The notes below the pieces were generated by a model that was given only the letters and a program-made list of their open reading frames with translations, was not told the origin of the DNA and ran no database searches. A DNA stretch of 32,000 bases from Candidatus Heimdallarchaeota archaeon B3_Heim. GTDB taxonomy: Archaea > Asgardarchaeota > Heimdallarchaeia > Hodarchaeales > Hodarchaeaceae. Shown here in pieces: positions 18,523-27,781 of the stretch (position 1 is the stretch's first letter; each line of letters begins with the position of its first letter). A program made the position numbers and the translations under genes. The stretch covers positions 56,098 through 88,097 of the forward strand of contig NJBF01000012.1 in assembly GCA_003144275.1 (NCBI GenBank). Direction: 5' to 3'.

Positions 18523-19617
18523 ATGAACAAGCAAGAAGCACAGTATATTCCTGCAGACACACTTGTTAATTTCATGAAAGATGTTTTCATTAAGTTAGAT
18601 GTGCCAGTAAAGGACGCTGAAATTTGTGCGGATGTTTTAATTCGAAGTGATTTACGTGGGATAGAGAGTCACGGATGTCAGCGTCTAAAAATGTATTATG
18701 ATCGAATTGTACAAGGCGTTCAATCCCCAAAGACCAACCTCACAATTCTAAAGGCAACAGCGACTACTGCAAGAATTGATGCAGGCCACGGAATGGGTCA
18801 TGTTGCCGCGTATCGGGGAATGGAATTAGCTATTAAAAAAGCAAAAGAGTTTGGAACAGGAGCTGTATCTGTTGGAAATAGTACGCATTATGGTATTGCG
18901 GGTTATTATTCCTTAATGGCAATAAAGGAAGGAATGATCGGAATTACGTGTACAAATGCAAGGCCTTCCATTGCTCCTACATTTGGAGTAGATGCAATGA
19001 TGGGTACTAATCCACTAACCATTGGAATTCCCACGGATGAGAATTTCCCTTTTTTAATCGATTGTGCTACATCAATAACTCAGCGGGGAAAGGTTGAGGT
19101 TAAAGCTCGCACTAATGAACCAGTTCCTGAAGGATGGGTTACTACAGATGAAGGGGAGCTTGCAACCGATAGTAGACAGATCTTAGGGGATTTGATTAGT
19201 GGAGTTAACGCACTACTCCCACTTGGAGGAGCAGGTGAAATATTGGGTGGTCATAAAGGATATGGTTATGCAGCTGCTGTAGAAATTCTCTCTGCTGCAT
19301 TGTCTGATGGACCATTCATGAAGGATTTAACCCTAGATAAAGGGTACAAACTTGGACATTTTTTCCTTGCAATAGATATTGAAGGATTCCTTCCATTACA
19401 AACATTCAAAACGATAAGTGGATCTATCCTACGAGGACTACGAGAATCTAAAAAAGCACCTGGTCAGGATCGGATTTTCACTGCAGGTGAAAAGGAATAT
19501 ATATCGGAAATTGAGCGGGAAAAGACGGGAATACCAATAATGCCATCTATCCTAGAAGATCTTAAATTTCTTCAAAAAGAATTGAATCTTTCAGAATACA
19601 CATTTTATTTGGCATGA
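18523..19617 (+). CDS. Ldh_2 family (malate / L-sulfolactate / ureidoglycolate-type) dehydrogenase
   Basis: DLRGIESHG, DAGHGMGHVAA, NSTHYGIAGYY, GTNPL, LPLGG..GGHKGYGYA, IFTAGEKE. Confidence 0.92.
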   Translation: MNKQEAQYIPADTLVNFMKDVFIKLDVPVKDAEICADVLIRSDLRGIESHGCQRLKMYYDRIVQGVQSPKTNLTILKATATTARIDAGHGMGHVAAYRGMELAIKKAKEFGTGAVSVGNSTHYGIAGYYSLMAIKEGMIGITCTNARPSIAPTFGVDAMMGTNPLTIGIPTDENFPFLIDCATSITQRGKVEVKARTNEPVPEGWVTTDEGELATDSRQILGDLISGVNALLPLGGAGEILGGHKGYGYAAAVEILSAALSDGPFMKDLTLDKGYKLGHFFLAIDIEGFLPLQTFKTISGSILRGLRESKKAPGQDRIFTAGEKEYISEIEREKTGIPIMPSILEDLKFLQKELNLSEYTFYLA

Positions 19618-20199
19618 TGGGTTTTTTGCGTCTTAATTGAAGGAGCTTCAAGAGGTTTATCAGGTGCGGAGATTTGGGTCATTATAATTGTTGTAAAGTC
19701 ACCTAAAGTCAATTTTCTTCTATTGGGTTTACTAGGAACATCATTCATTCGATTTAGTTTGCTAGAAGAATCGTTCATACCTACCACAATAATCAAACCG
19801 ACTTGATTTTTCTTTAAATACCTAGCTAATACACTCGTAATATCTACTAGAAGTAAATAAATGTAATTGGAGAAACAACTAGAAAGACTAGTATATGTGC
19901 ATTATAATTTTTTAAGTCGGCTTCTTACTCTTATTCATCCTCTCCCCTCGTTGTATTTCGATTGTTGCCTCTTCATCTCACCAACTTTTTTTTATTGCGT
20001 AAATCAGTAAAAAACACAAAAGATTCTGTTAAATGGTGTAATACCAACGGTAGCCTAATTTCAAACCTCCTTTGGATTCTGATTTTTCCCCTCATAGTAA
20101 ACCTTTTATTCACTTCAAAACCTATCTGGTAACGAATCTTACGATTATCAATGACGTAAAGATTTAACAAGAAAAAACGTAGAAAGTTGGTAAATAATA

Positions 20200-21162
20200 A
20201 TGAATAGAAGAAATCTAGTTCTCATTCCAATTTTAATGCTAAGTGTATTCGCTCTAATTAGTATCACGGCAACTATTCCTGCACAGGGAGCTACCGGTAC
20301 ATTAGCTGAGATTGAGGATCGAGGATATCTAATTATTGGTTCTGATACGACTTACCCTCCATTCGAGGAGTATAATGCAACATCAGAGCAAGCACAAGGT
20401 TTTGATATTGATTTGGCCCATCAAGTGGCTATTGCCCTTGGTGTTGACCTCAAAGTTGTGACTTCTGAATGGGATCCAATTATTCCAAATCTTAAATCAA
20501 GCCAATTTGATGTAATTATTTCTGCAATGACTATTACCGCAGAACGTGAAGTAGAAGTTGACTTTACTCGCTGGTATTACAAATCTTACCAGGCAATTTT
20601 GGTTCCAACAGCAAATGAATTCGGAATATTGACTGAAACTGATCTGAATGCATCGATTATAATTGGTGTGCAATCTGGTACAACTTCCGATATTTGGGTT
20701 CAAGAAAATTTGAACACCAGTGTTACCCTCCAGACCTTCGATAATATCCTACAAGCAATCGCAGCACTAAAACAGGGATCTGTAGATGTTGTACTCGGTG
20801 ATTATGCTGTTTTGGCCCAAGATGAATTGGAAAGTGGTGCCACAAAAGTTGTTGACACATATTCTCCTGAAGATTTCGGGTTTGCATGTCGTAACGGCGA
20901 TACTGATTTAAAAGATGCCTTAAACGATGTAATTGATGGCCTTCTTGGTGCAGATGAGAATAATCCAAACCCCACGAATTTGTACAGTACAATATACGTT
21001 AAATGGTTTGGTGAAGAGGCTTATACAGACGCTGGTTTTACTGGCACCGTTTTTGATGTTGCTATCGAGTATGTCTGGTATACTGGTGGGGCAGCCCCTG
21101 GTTTTGAATTTCTCCTTGTCTTCGCGATTGGTATTATACCAATAATTCGAAGAAAAAGATAG
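20200..21162 (+). CDS. Polar amino-acid ABC transporter substrate-binding protein with C-terminal PGF-TM-basic sorting signal
   Basis: Signal peptide, GSDTTYPPFE, GFDIDLA, WDPIIPNLKSSQFDVIISAMTITAER and IGVQSGTT. C-terminus APGFEFLLVFAIGIIPIIRRKR. Confidence 0.93.
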   Translation: MNRRNLVLIPILMLSVFALISITATIPAQGATGTLAEIEDRGYLIIGSDTTYPPFEEYNATSEQAQGFDIDLAHQVAIALGVDLKVVTSEWDPIIPNLKSSQFDVIISAMTITAEREVEVDFTRWYYKSYQAILVPTANEFGILTETDLNASIIIGVQSGTTSDIWVQENLNTSVTLQTFDNILQAIAALKQGSVDVVLGDYAVLAQDELESGATKVVDTYSPEDFGFACRNGDTDLKDALNDVIDGLLGADENNPNPTNLYSTIYVKWFGEEAYTDAGFTGTVFDVAIEYVWYTGGAAPGFEFLLVFAIGIIPIIRRKR

Positions 21163-21200
21163 TTCGAAATAATGTAGCTGTAAACTACTTATAGCTCACA

Positions 21201-21216
21201 TTTTCTTTTTTTTTTT
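21201..21216 (+). terminator. Candidate oligo-T archaeal terminator between the binding-protein and permease genes
   Basis: TTTTC followed by T11, about 40 bp after the SBP stop codon. Confidence 0.45.
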
Positions 21217-21242
21217 CAATTCTTATTTGTGAGGTTAATTTT

Positions 21243-22262
21243 TTGGAATCAACGAGTAAATATTCAGCGATACGACCGTCTAAGAGTAATTTTGGTTGGT
21301 GGATACTATCATTTCTATTGTTTTTATGTGGAATAGGGTTTATTTATGAATTTTCAGTGAATAAGCTAGGTTGGACATTCTTTGGTTTTGAGAATTTTGG
21401 CCTACAGCTCCCTTTATTCAGCGGAGAGCGGGCTTACTACTTTGATATCGTCATGATTGTTATAAATTTCGTATTTTGGGTTCTATCAGTTTTTAATCCC
21501 GTTCTGGCGATTATTGATATTATTTCACCCTTCTCACTACAGTTTTCACCCATCTTTATATCTGGAGATAAATGGGTCATAATAATACGAGCATTAGCCG
21601 ATGCTGCTATAATTACCCTACAGATTTCTTTGAGCAGTATTGCTATAGGATTTTTCATTGCTATGTTTTTAGCGATTGTTCTAGTGCGGCCTGGTCGAGT
21701 ATGGGGATTAAAAATATTCTCTCAAGCTTATATCGATTTTTTTCGCTCCACTCCATTACTAGTTCAACTTTTTATTATCTTTTTCGGAATCCCTCCTATG
21801 ATACAAGGTTTGGCCATCCCTGGATTCGAACGATTCACATTTACATATATTCAAGCTGCAATTATCGGATTATCACTAAATACTGCCGCCTACCAAGCTG
21901 AAATCATTCGTGGAGGGATTTTAGCTATTCCAACAGGTCAAACAGAGGCAGCAAGAGCCTTGGGATTGACCACGACTCAAACTATGCGATTTGTGATTTT
22001 ACCACAAGCACTACGCATTATTATTCCTCCTTTTACTAATGAAGGAATTAATATTATTCTCAATAGCTCACTAGCATCGTCCATTTCGACATGGGAGTTA
22101 ACACGAGCAGCCAGAAATATGTCGGCTTTTTATTATCTTGCTTTTGAGATTTTTTTGGCAGCAGCAATGTTTTATTTTGTAATGGCATATAGTCTTGCAA
22201 GATTAACGAAGAAGTTCGAAATTAGGTATAGAATACCAGGACTGGGGATTCATCATGACTAA
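21243..22262 (+). CDS. Polar amino-acid ABC transporter permease with N-terminal membrane extension
   Basis: YIDFFRSTPLLVQLF, LNTAAYQAEIIRGGILAIPTGQTEAARALG (EAA motif), ILPQALRIIIPP. TTG start after GAGGT. Confidence 0.93.
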   Translation: MESTSKYSAIRPSKSNFGWWILSFLLFLCGIGFIYEFSVNKLGWTFFGFENFGLQLPLFSGERAYYFDIVMIVINFVFWVLSVFNPVLAIIDIISPFSLQFSPIFISGDKWVIIIRALADAAIITLQISLSSIAIGFFIAMFLAIVLVRPGRVWGLKIFSQAYIDFFRSTPLLVQLFIIFFGIPPMIQGLAIPGFERFTFTYIQAAIIGLSLNTAAYQAEIIRGGILAIPTGQTEAARALGLTTTQTMRFVILPQALRIIIPPFTNEGINIILNSSLASSISTWELTRAARNMSAFYYLAFEIFLAAAMFYFVMAYSLARLTKKFEIRYRIPGLGIHHD

Positions 22263-23022
22263 CGCGTTAATTGAAGTTAAAAATCTAAAAAAGACATTTA
22301 GAACACGTGGGGGTGAACTTGTTGCACTTCAAAACATAAACTTACGAATAATGCCTGGAGAAGTCGTAGCTGTCATAGGGAGTTCTGGTAGTGGTAAATC
22401 TACACTATTGCGTTGCATGAATCTTTTAATTACTCCTACGGAGGGACAGGTATATTTTGATGGTGAACTTATATTCAATAGTGAGGCACCTGTAGATATT
22501 GACATTGACTCAGTGCGTAAAAACATTGGTATGGTCTTCCAAGCATTCAATCTGTTTATGCATCTGACTGTCAAAAATAATATCCATTTGGCCCTGAAAC
22601 AAGTGTTAAACTTACCAGATGAAGAGATTCAGGATCGAATTAAAGATGTTCTAGAAACCGTTAACCTTTCTGATAAACTCAATAGCTATCCAGGTGAATT
22701 ATCAGGAGGACAACAACAACGGGTAGCCATTGCACGGGTATTAGCCATGAGACCAAAATTAATCTTTTTTGATGAACCCACCTCCGCTCTTGATCCAGAA
22801 CTAACAGGCGAGGTTCTTGAAGTAATGAAACGACTCGTTACTGAGTATCAGTATACGCTGGTTGTTGTAAGTCATGAAATACCATTTGCTCGGGAAGTTG
22901 CCAATCGGGTCGTCTTTATGGATGAAGCAGAGATCTTATATGAAGGGGGCCCTGATACACTGGTTAATCCTCCAAATGAGCGATTGAAAAAATTCCTCTC
23001 AAAAATTCTTTCCACCCGTTAG
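22255..23022 (+). CDS. Polar amino-acid ABC transporter ATP-binding protein (GlnQ-like)
   Basis: Walker [10 protein letters not shown], signature [13 protein letters not shown], Walker [14 protein letters not shown]-loop VVSHE. Overlaps the permease by 8 nt. Confidence 0.95.
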   Translation: MTNALIEVKNLKKTFRTRGGELVALQNINLRIMPGEVVAVIGSSGSGKSTLLRCMNLLITPTEGQVYFDGELIFNSEAPVDIDIDSVRKNIGMVFQAFNLFMHLTVKNNIHLALKQVLNLPDEEIQDRIKDVLETVNLSDKLNSYPGELSGGQQQRVAIARVLAMRPKLIFFDEPTSALDPELTGEVLEVMKRLVTEYQYTLVVVSHEIPFAREVANRVVFMDEAEILYEGGPDTLVNPPNERLKKFLSKILSTR

Positions 23023-23045
23023 GCTGGAAAACTTTCTTTTTTATT

Positions 23046-24032
23046 TCACACTTTAGATGCGGCTTCTTGATTTTGAATGCGACGTGACCCCAAACAGATC
23101 CGACAATATTTAAACTGCCTTCTTGCAAATGGTGCATAGCGTCCACATCCTTGACAACTACGATATTCAACAAATGCATGCTTTTTTTTATCTTCCCAAT
23201 AATGAGGGACAATCATAGATGTTGAAATATCTTCAGATTTCGAATCAAGCAGTATTTCAAAAGCTGATTGGCCAAAGAGAATATCATGAGAGACTGCTAG
23301 ACCAAAAGAACTAACATTAATACATTGGGTCCTTCCACAATATTTATTATATCCCCCTAAATAATGAACGTGTCCGAACACGGATAATTTAGGTTGGAAA
23401 TCATCAATGATCTCACGAAGATAAAAGGATCCTATATGTCGTGATCCAAGAGACGAAAAATCGAGGATTCCCCGAGGAGGAGTATGCGTGAGAATGATTA
23501 GTTGCTTCTTCTGTTCATTGGACAATTTTTCAATAATTGGTCTTAATTCATGATGGATTGCAGTTTCTTCCCAACATTTACCCGAGGAATAGATATCAGT
23601 TTTATTGGCATCCTGATAGCCAATGATAGTGAAATCTGACATCTGATGGATTTGTTTATGACAGTCGTTAAAATTAGAAAATTCAGTGGTAAACCAACCT
23701 CTCAATTCGTCTGTTAGGGGTGTTTCAGTTGTTTCCTTTTCACAATCCATTATATCGGTGTTTCCCCAAACAAAATAAACAGGAGAATCGGCGTTGTTTA
23801 ATGTACTTATAACAGGATCTGATTCTATGCGTTTCTTTACCAACGACACTGACTCATCAGATTTTCCTTCATTCCACATATAATCTTGGAAATCACCTGC
23901 AATTAAAATCGCGTCAGGACTGCGTGCAATGAGATTTTCAATAAGACGCTCTTGAGTGACAACACGAATACCAGCAGGTGGAGTAATGGATGTTCCTTGA
24001 TGTAAATCTGAAATGACTAGTATCTTTGTCAA
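23046..24032 (-). CDS. Calcineurin-like metallophosphoesterase with C-terminal CxxC-x13-CxxC Zn-finger-like tail
   Basis: ISDLH, AGDFQD, WGNTD, LTHTPP and FGHVH motifs, then CQGC...CRIC. TTG start after GGAG. Confidence 0.87.
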   Translation of the reverse strand: MTKILVISDLHQGTSITPPAGIRVVTQERLIENLIARSPDAILIAGDFQDYMWNEGKSDESVSLVKKRIESDPVISTLNNADSPVYFVWGNTDIMDCEKETTETPLTDELRGWFTTEFSNFNDCHKQIHQMSDFTIIGYQDANKTDIYSSGKCWEETAIHHELRPIIEKLSNEQKKQLIILTHTPPRGILDFSSLGSRHIGSFYLREIIDDFQPKLSVFGHVHYLGGYNKYCGRTQCINVSSFGLAVSHDILFGQSAFEILLDSKSEDISTSMIVPHYWEDKKKHAFVEYRSCQGCGRYAPFARRQFKYCRICLGSRRIQNQEAASKV

Positions 24033-24219
24033 TAGGCTCCGTTCCAGTAACCAATGCTTGGTGAGAGATGATAATGTGCGGAAATTCTACAAATTAATAA
24101 CTGTTCGCACCCGCATAGTCACATTCTCAAATAAATTTCGTTAGGAAAATAGAAATCTCAAAAATAATTTAAAAATCAATTTTTTCTTCGAAATACGAGA
24201 GAATATTTCCAATAATTCA

Positions 24220-26145
24220 ATGAAAGGGAAGAATTACTTAATGTATAACTCATACGAAGAAGCACATAAGCTATCACTTGAACAACCAGAAATTTTCTGG
24301 GCAAAAGAAGCAGAGAAACTTCACTGGTATCAAAAATATGAAAAAGTTCTAGAAACCGATTACCCGTTTTTTCGCTGGTTCCCAGGGGGAAAAACGAATC
24401 TCTGTTACAACGCAGTGGATCGTCACGCCTTAAGCAGCAAACGTGGAACAGCTGCATTAATTTGGGAGTCACCTGAAACTAACCAATCACGTGTTTACAC
24501 CTATTTTCATTTATATAAAGAAGTAAACCGGTTTGCAGGCGTTTTAAAAAATTTGGGGGTAGTTAAAGGTGACCGAATTATCATTTACATGCCAATGATC
24601 CCCGAAGCAATTATTGCGATGCTAGCTTGTGTTAGAATTGGTGCTATTCATTCAGTTGTATTCGCAGGTTTCAGCCGGGAATCTCTTGCAGGAAGAGTCG
24701 ATGATGCAGAACCAAAACTGCTTTTAACGTGTGATGCAGGTTCAAGAATGGGCAAAGTAGTCAAACTCAAAGAAATCGTGGATGATGCGTTAGAGCTAGC
24801 CACAAAGAAAGTTCGTAATGTTATCCTATATAATCGAGAACTAGACACAACCATCAATTGGGTCGAGGGAAGAGATCTTGACTGGTCAACCTTACTAGAA
24901 GAAAAAGGGATGAACTTTGTAGAACCAGAAGTCATGGATTCAACTGATCCATCGTATATATTGTACACATCAGGAACAACTGGTAAACCGAAAGGAGTTT
25001 TACGTGATACAGGCGGCTATATGGTAGCATTACATGCTACGATGAAACAGATCTATGATTGTGAACCAGGTCGGGATGTCTACTTTTCCACGTCTGATAT
25101 TGGGTGGGTAGTAGGCCATTCTTACATAGTGTATGCACCATTATTAGTCGGGATACCTACGGTCTTATTTGAAGGTACTCCTATTTACCCAAATCCAGAT
25201 GCTTGGTGGCGTGTTATTGAAAAATATGGTGTAACAGTGGTTTTTTCCGCTCCAACAGCGTTTAGAATTCTGAAGAAATTCCCTGAAAAATGGATAACTG
25301 ATAGGGATCTCTCTTCAATTCGTTATTTCTTCTTAGCAGGGGAACCAACCGATGTTCCCACCTATGAATGGGGAATAAAAACACTAGGAGTGAAAATTAT
25401 TGATCACTACTGGCAAACGGAGAGTGGTAGTCCAATGCTGACAAACAATCCCGGTATTGAATATCTCCCGACCAAACCAGGTTCACCAACAAAATCTGCG
25501 ATGGGATGGGATCTTATTGTTGTCGATGAACAAGGAAATGAACTACCTCCCGGAGAAAAAGGATTTCTCGTGGGGAAGTTTCCCTTACCCCCTGGAAATT
25601 TGTTAACGGTTTATGGAGATGATGAGCGATATAAACAAACTTACTGGGAAGTATTTCCTGGTCACCTTTATAATACTGGAGATTATGCTATTCGGGATTC
25701 AGATGGCTATTTTTGGGTTCTTGGCCGGGCTGACGAGGTTATCAAGATAGCAGGCCATCGCTTGGGAACACGTGAGATAGAAGAAGCGGTTTCAGCCCAT
25801 GATGCGGTTGCCGAAACTACCTGTGTTGGTGTTGATGACAAACTTAAAGGGACAGTGGTCATAGCGTTTGTTGTTATTCGACAAGGATTCCAAGGTACAG
25901 AGGAAATGAAGAAGGAAATTATTCAAATTGTACGTGACAAAGTTGGTCCCATTGCATCCCCAAAAGCAGTCGAAGTTGTTACTATGCTGCCTAAGACTCG
26001 TTCTGGGAAGATTATGCGTCGAATCTTGAAAGGTGTTTATGAAAACAAAGACCTAGGCGATTTAAGCACGATTGAAGATGGTGCTAGTATAGATGAAGTG
26101 AGCTCAGCCATTAGTCTCATGAAGAACGAATTAGGAAAAGGTTAG
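24220..26145 (+). CDS. Short-chain acyl-CoA synthetase (propionate--CoA ligase PrpE / Acs family)
   Basis: YILYTSGTTGKPKGV, TSDIGWVVGHSYIVYAPL, IDHYWQTESG, YNTGD, GRADEVIKIAGHRLGTREIE, PKTRSGKIMRR. The GVLRDTGGYMVAL segment resembles PrpE. Confidence 0.93.
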   Translation: MKGKNYLMYNSYEEAHKLSLEQPEIFWAKEAEKLHWYQKYEKVLETDYPFFRWFPGGKTNLCYNAVDRHALSSKRGTAALIWESPETNQSRVYTYFHLYKEVNRFAGVLKNLGVVKGDRIIIYMPMIPEAIIAMLACVRIGAIHSVVFAGFSRESLAGRVDDAEPKLLLTCDAGSRMGKVVKLKEIVDDALELATKKVRNVILYNRELDTTINWVEGRDLDWSTLLEEKGMNFVEPEVMDSTDPSYILYTSGTTGKPKGVLRDTGGYMVALHATMKQIYDCEPGRDVYFSTSDIGWVVGHSYIVYAPLLVGIPTVLFEGTPIYPNPDAWWRVIEKYGVTVVFSAPTAFRILKKFPEKWITDRDLSSIRYFFLAGEPTDVPTYEWGIKTLGVKIIDHYWQTESGSPMLTNNPGIEYLPTKPGSPTKSAMGWDLIVVDEQGNELPPGEKGFLVGKFPLPPGNLLTVYGDDERYKQTYWEVFPGHLYNTGDYAIRDSDGYFWVLGRADEVIKIAGHRLGTREIEEAVSAHDAVAETTCVGVDDKLKGTVVIAFVVIRQGFQGTEEMKKEIIQIVRDKVGPIASPKAVEVVTMLPKTRSGKIMRRILKGVYENKDLGDLSTIEDGASIDEVSSAISLMKNELGKG

Positions 26146-26221
26146 ACATTTTTAATGTCCTTCATTCGCTAGGTTATATCGGGGAAAAAGAGGGAGGAAA
26201 ATCAAATTTACCTAGATATCA

Positions 26222-27736
26222 TTAGCTAAATTTGGATAATATCCCATTAGTAAATTCACCGATATGCCCTCCAATAAGGCCTCGAGTACGTACATATCGT
26301 TTATAGAAGTTTTGATATTCGTCTTTAAGCATCTTCTCATAATTAATTAGGAAGAGAAAGACACTAGCAAGCAATGCAGATACTCCAGCTAAGTTAAATA
26401 TTATCATCGTCGGATACTGATCAGCAAATACAACTAAGATTTGAGCACCCAATGTAGTAACAATTGGTTGAGTCCATTTCGTCGCAAACTTATTCAGGCC
26501 CATAAATTGGGCTTCTTTTCCTTCTGGTACTAGATCCGCAGGTAGAGAAATTCGAACAGATTCAATAAAAATGGCACCTATACCACCAACTGCTGCAATT
26601 ACCAGTAGCAGGGAGTAATAGTCTCCTATTTCGATAAATGCAAAGAGAAAACAATAAAATGCATAAATGATTGAACCTAACAACGCCGTATTTACTTTTC
26701 CGAGTTTTTTAATGACCAGGCCAGCAGGAATGGCCATTAAAGCTGCAACTATACCAGTAATGACTAATACCATTACCTCATTACCCTTACCTAATGCAGC
26801 TTCAGCAGCAGGGGTTGTTAAATGAATTATTGAGTAAATTGAAACGGCTGCGACAGAAAAACCCCAAAAACTCTGGACAATTAGCATTTTCCCGAAATCT
26901 TGTCCTCCGAATGATAAGAGGTATTTTGGCGTATTTTTTATGTCATCCATTGTGCTATCAATAGGGTCAAAGGGTGGATTTACTTTTTCAACCAAGAAAA
27001 AGATAATGACACCAATCAAACATATTACAATTCCCGCAAAGGGGAAGATTATTGTTGCGTGCTCCCGGGAAGCTATCAAACCTAATCCAACAAGTCCGAC
27101 GAAGGATCCAATTGTTGTAAATCCTGCGATTACCAGTCCAACCCAACCACGTTGCTCTCGTGTAAACAGTTCAGATAAGAGTGCATTAGTTGGAGAAGAA
27201 CCAAGCCCTATCCCAGCATCAATAATGAAAAACAGAAGAGGGAAGAGAATAATGTAGAAACTCTCTGGAAATATTGAAACGAATAAGGGGACAAGGAATA
27301 GGACTCCACCTGTGATTAGTGTACCAGTCAGCATAAATGGGGCTCGTGCGCCATATTTTGATCGATAATCATCACTGAAGGCTCCTCCTACTACTACAGC
27401 TAGTAATAAACCAATAGATCCAGCAGCTGCTGAATAACTGAATATCGTTCCAGCTATGGTCTTATCTACACCTAAAGTACCCTGGAGATACCATGTATTA
27501 AGATAGACAAGAACCAAAGAAACAAGTAATGCACTGGCAAATCCATATAATCCTATAGCAATCATATTCCGATACTTTTGAGGAATAGATTTTCCTTCAC
27601 GTAAAATTACTGTTGATACGATTGTTATTGGAGATAAAACTTTATCAATTGGTGATTTAGAGCTCATACAGGATCTTCCTACAGACTCAATTTGAATAGA
27701 TTCGACTAGAATGCTAGGGTTTAAATTTTTAGCCAT
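26222..27736 (-). CDS. MFS transporter (sugar/GPH-like)
   Basis: About 12 TM helices with GAFSDDYRSKYGARAPF, ALLSELFTREQRG and PADLVPEGKEAQFMGL. The start may be ATG 27667. Confidence 0.88.
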   Translation of the reverse strand: MAKNLNPSILVESIQIESVGRSCMSSKSPIDKVLSPITIVSTVILREGKSIPQKYRNMIAIGLYGFASALLVSLVLVYLNTWYLQGTLGVDKTIAGTIFSYSAAAGSIGLLLAVVVGGAFSDDYRSKYGARAPFMLTGTLITGGVLFLVPLFVSIFPESFYIILFPLLFFIIDAGIGLGSSPTNALLSELFTREQRGWVGLVIAGFTTIGSFVGLVGLGLIASREHATIIFPFAGIVICLIGVIIFFLVEKVNPPFDPIDSTMDDIKNTPKYLLSFGGQDFGKMLIVQSFWGFSVAAVSIYSIIHLTTPAAEAALGKGNEVMVLVITGIVAALMAIPAGLVIKKLGKVNTALLGSIIYAFYCFLFAFIEIGDYYSLLLVIAAVGGIGAIFIESVRISLPADLVPEGKEAQFMGLNKFATKWTQPIVTTLGAQILVVFADQYPTMIIFNLAGVSALLASVFLFLINYEKMLKDEYQNFYKRYVRTRGLIGGHIGEFTNGILSKFS

Positions 27737-27781
27737 TGCAGAATATTCGAATAATTTCTCTTAAGAATTATGAATAGGGAA

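Noticed and set aside
20200-20230. Tat signal in the ABC binding protein (MNRRNLV)
   Set aside because: It lacks the S/T-RR-x-FL consensus. The RR is adequately explained as the basic n-region of a Sec signal.
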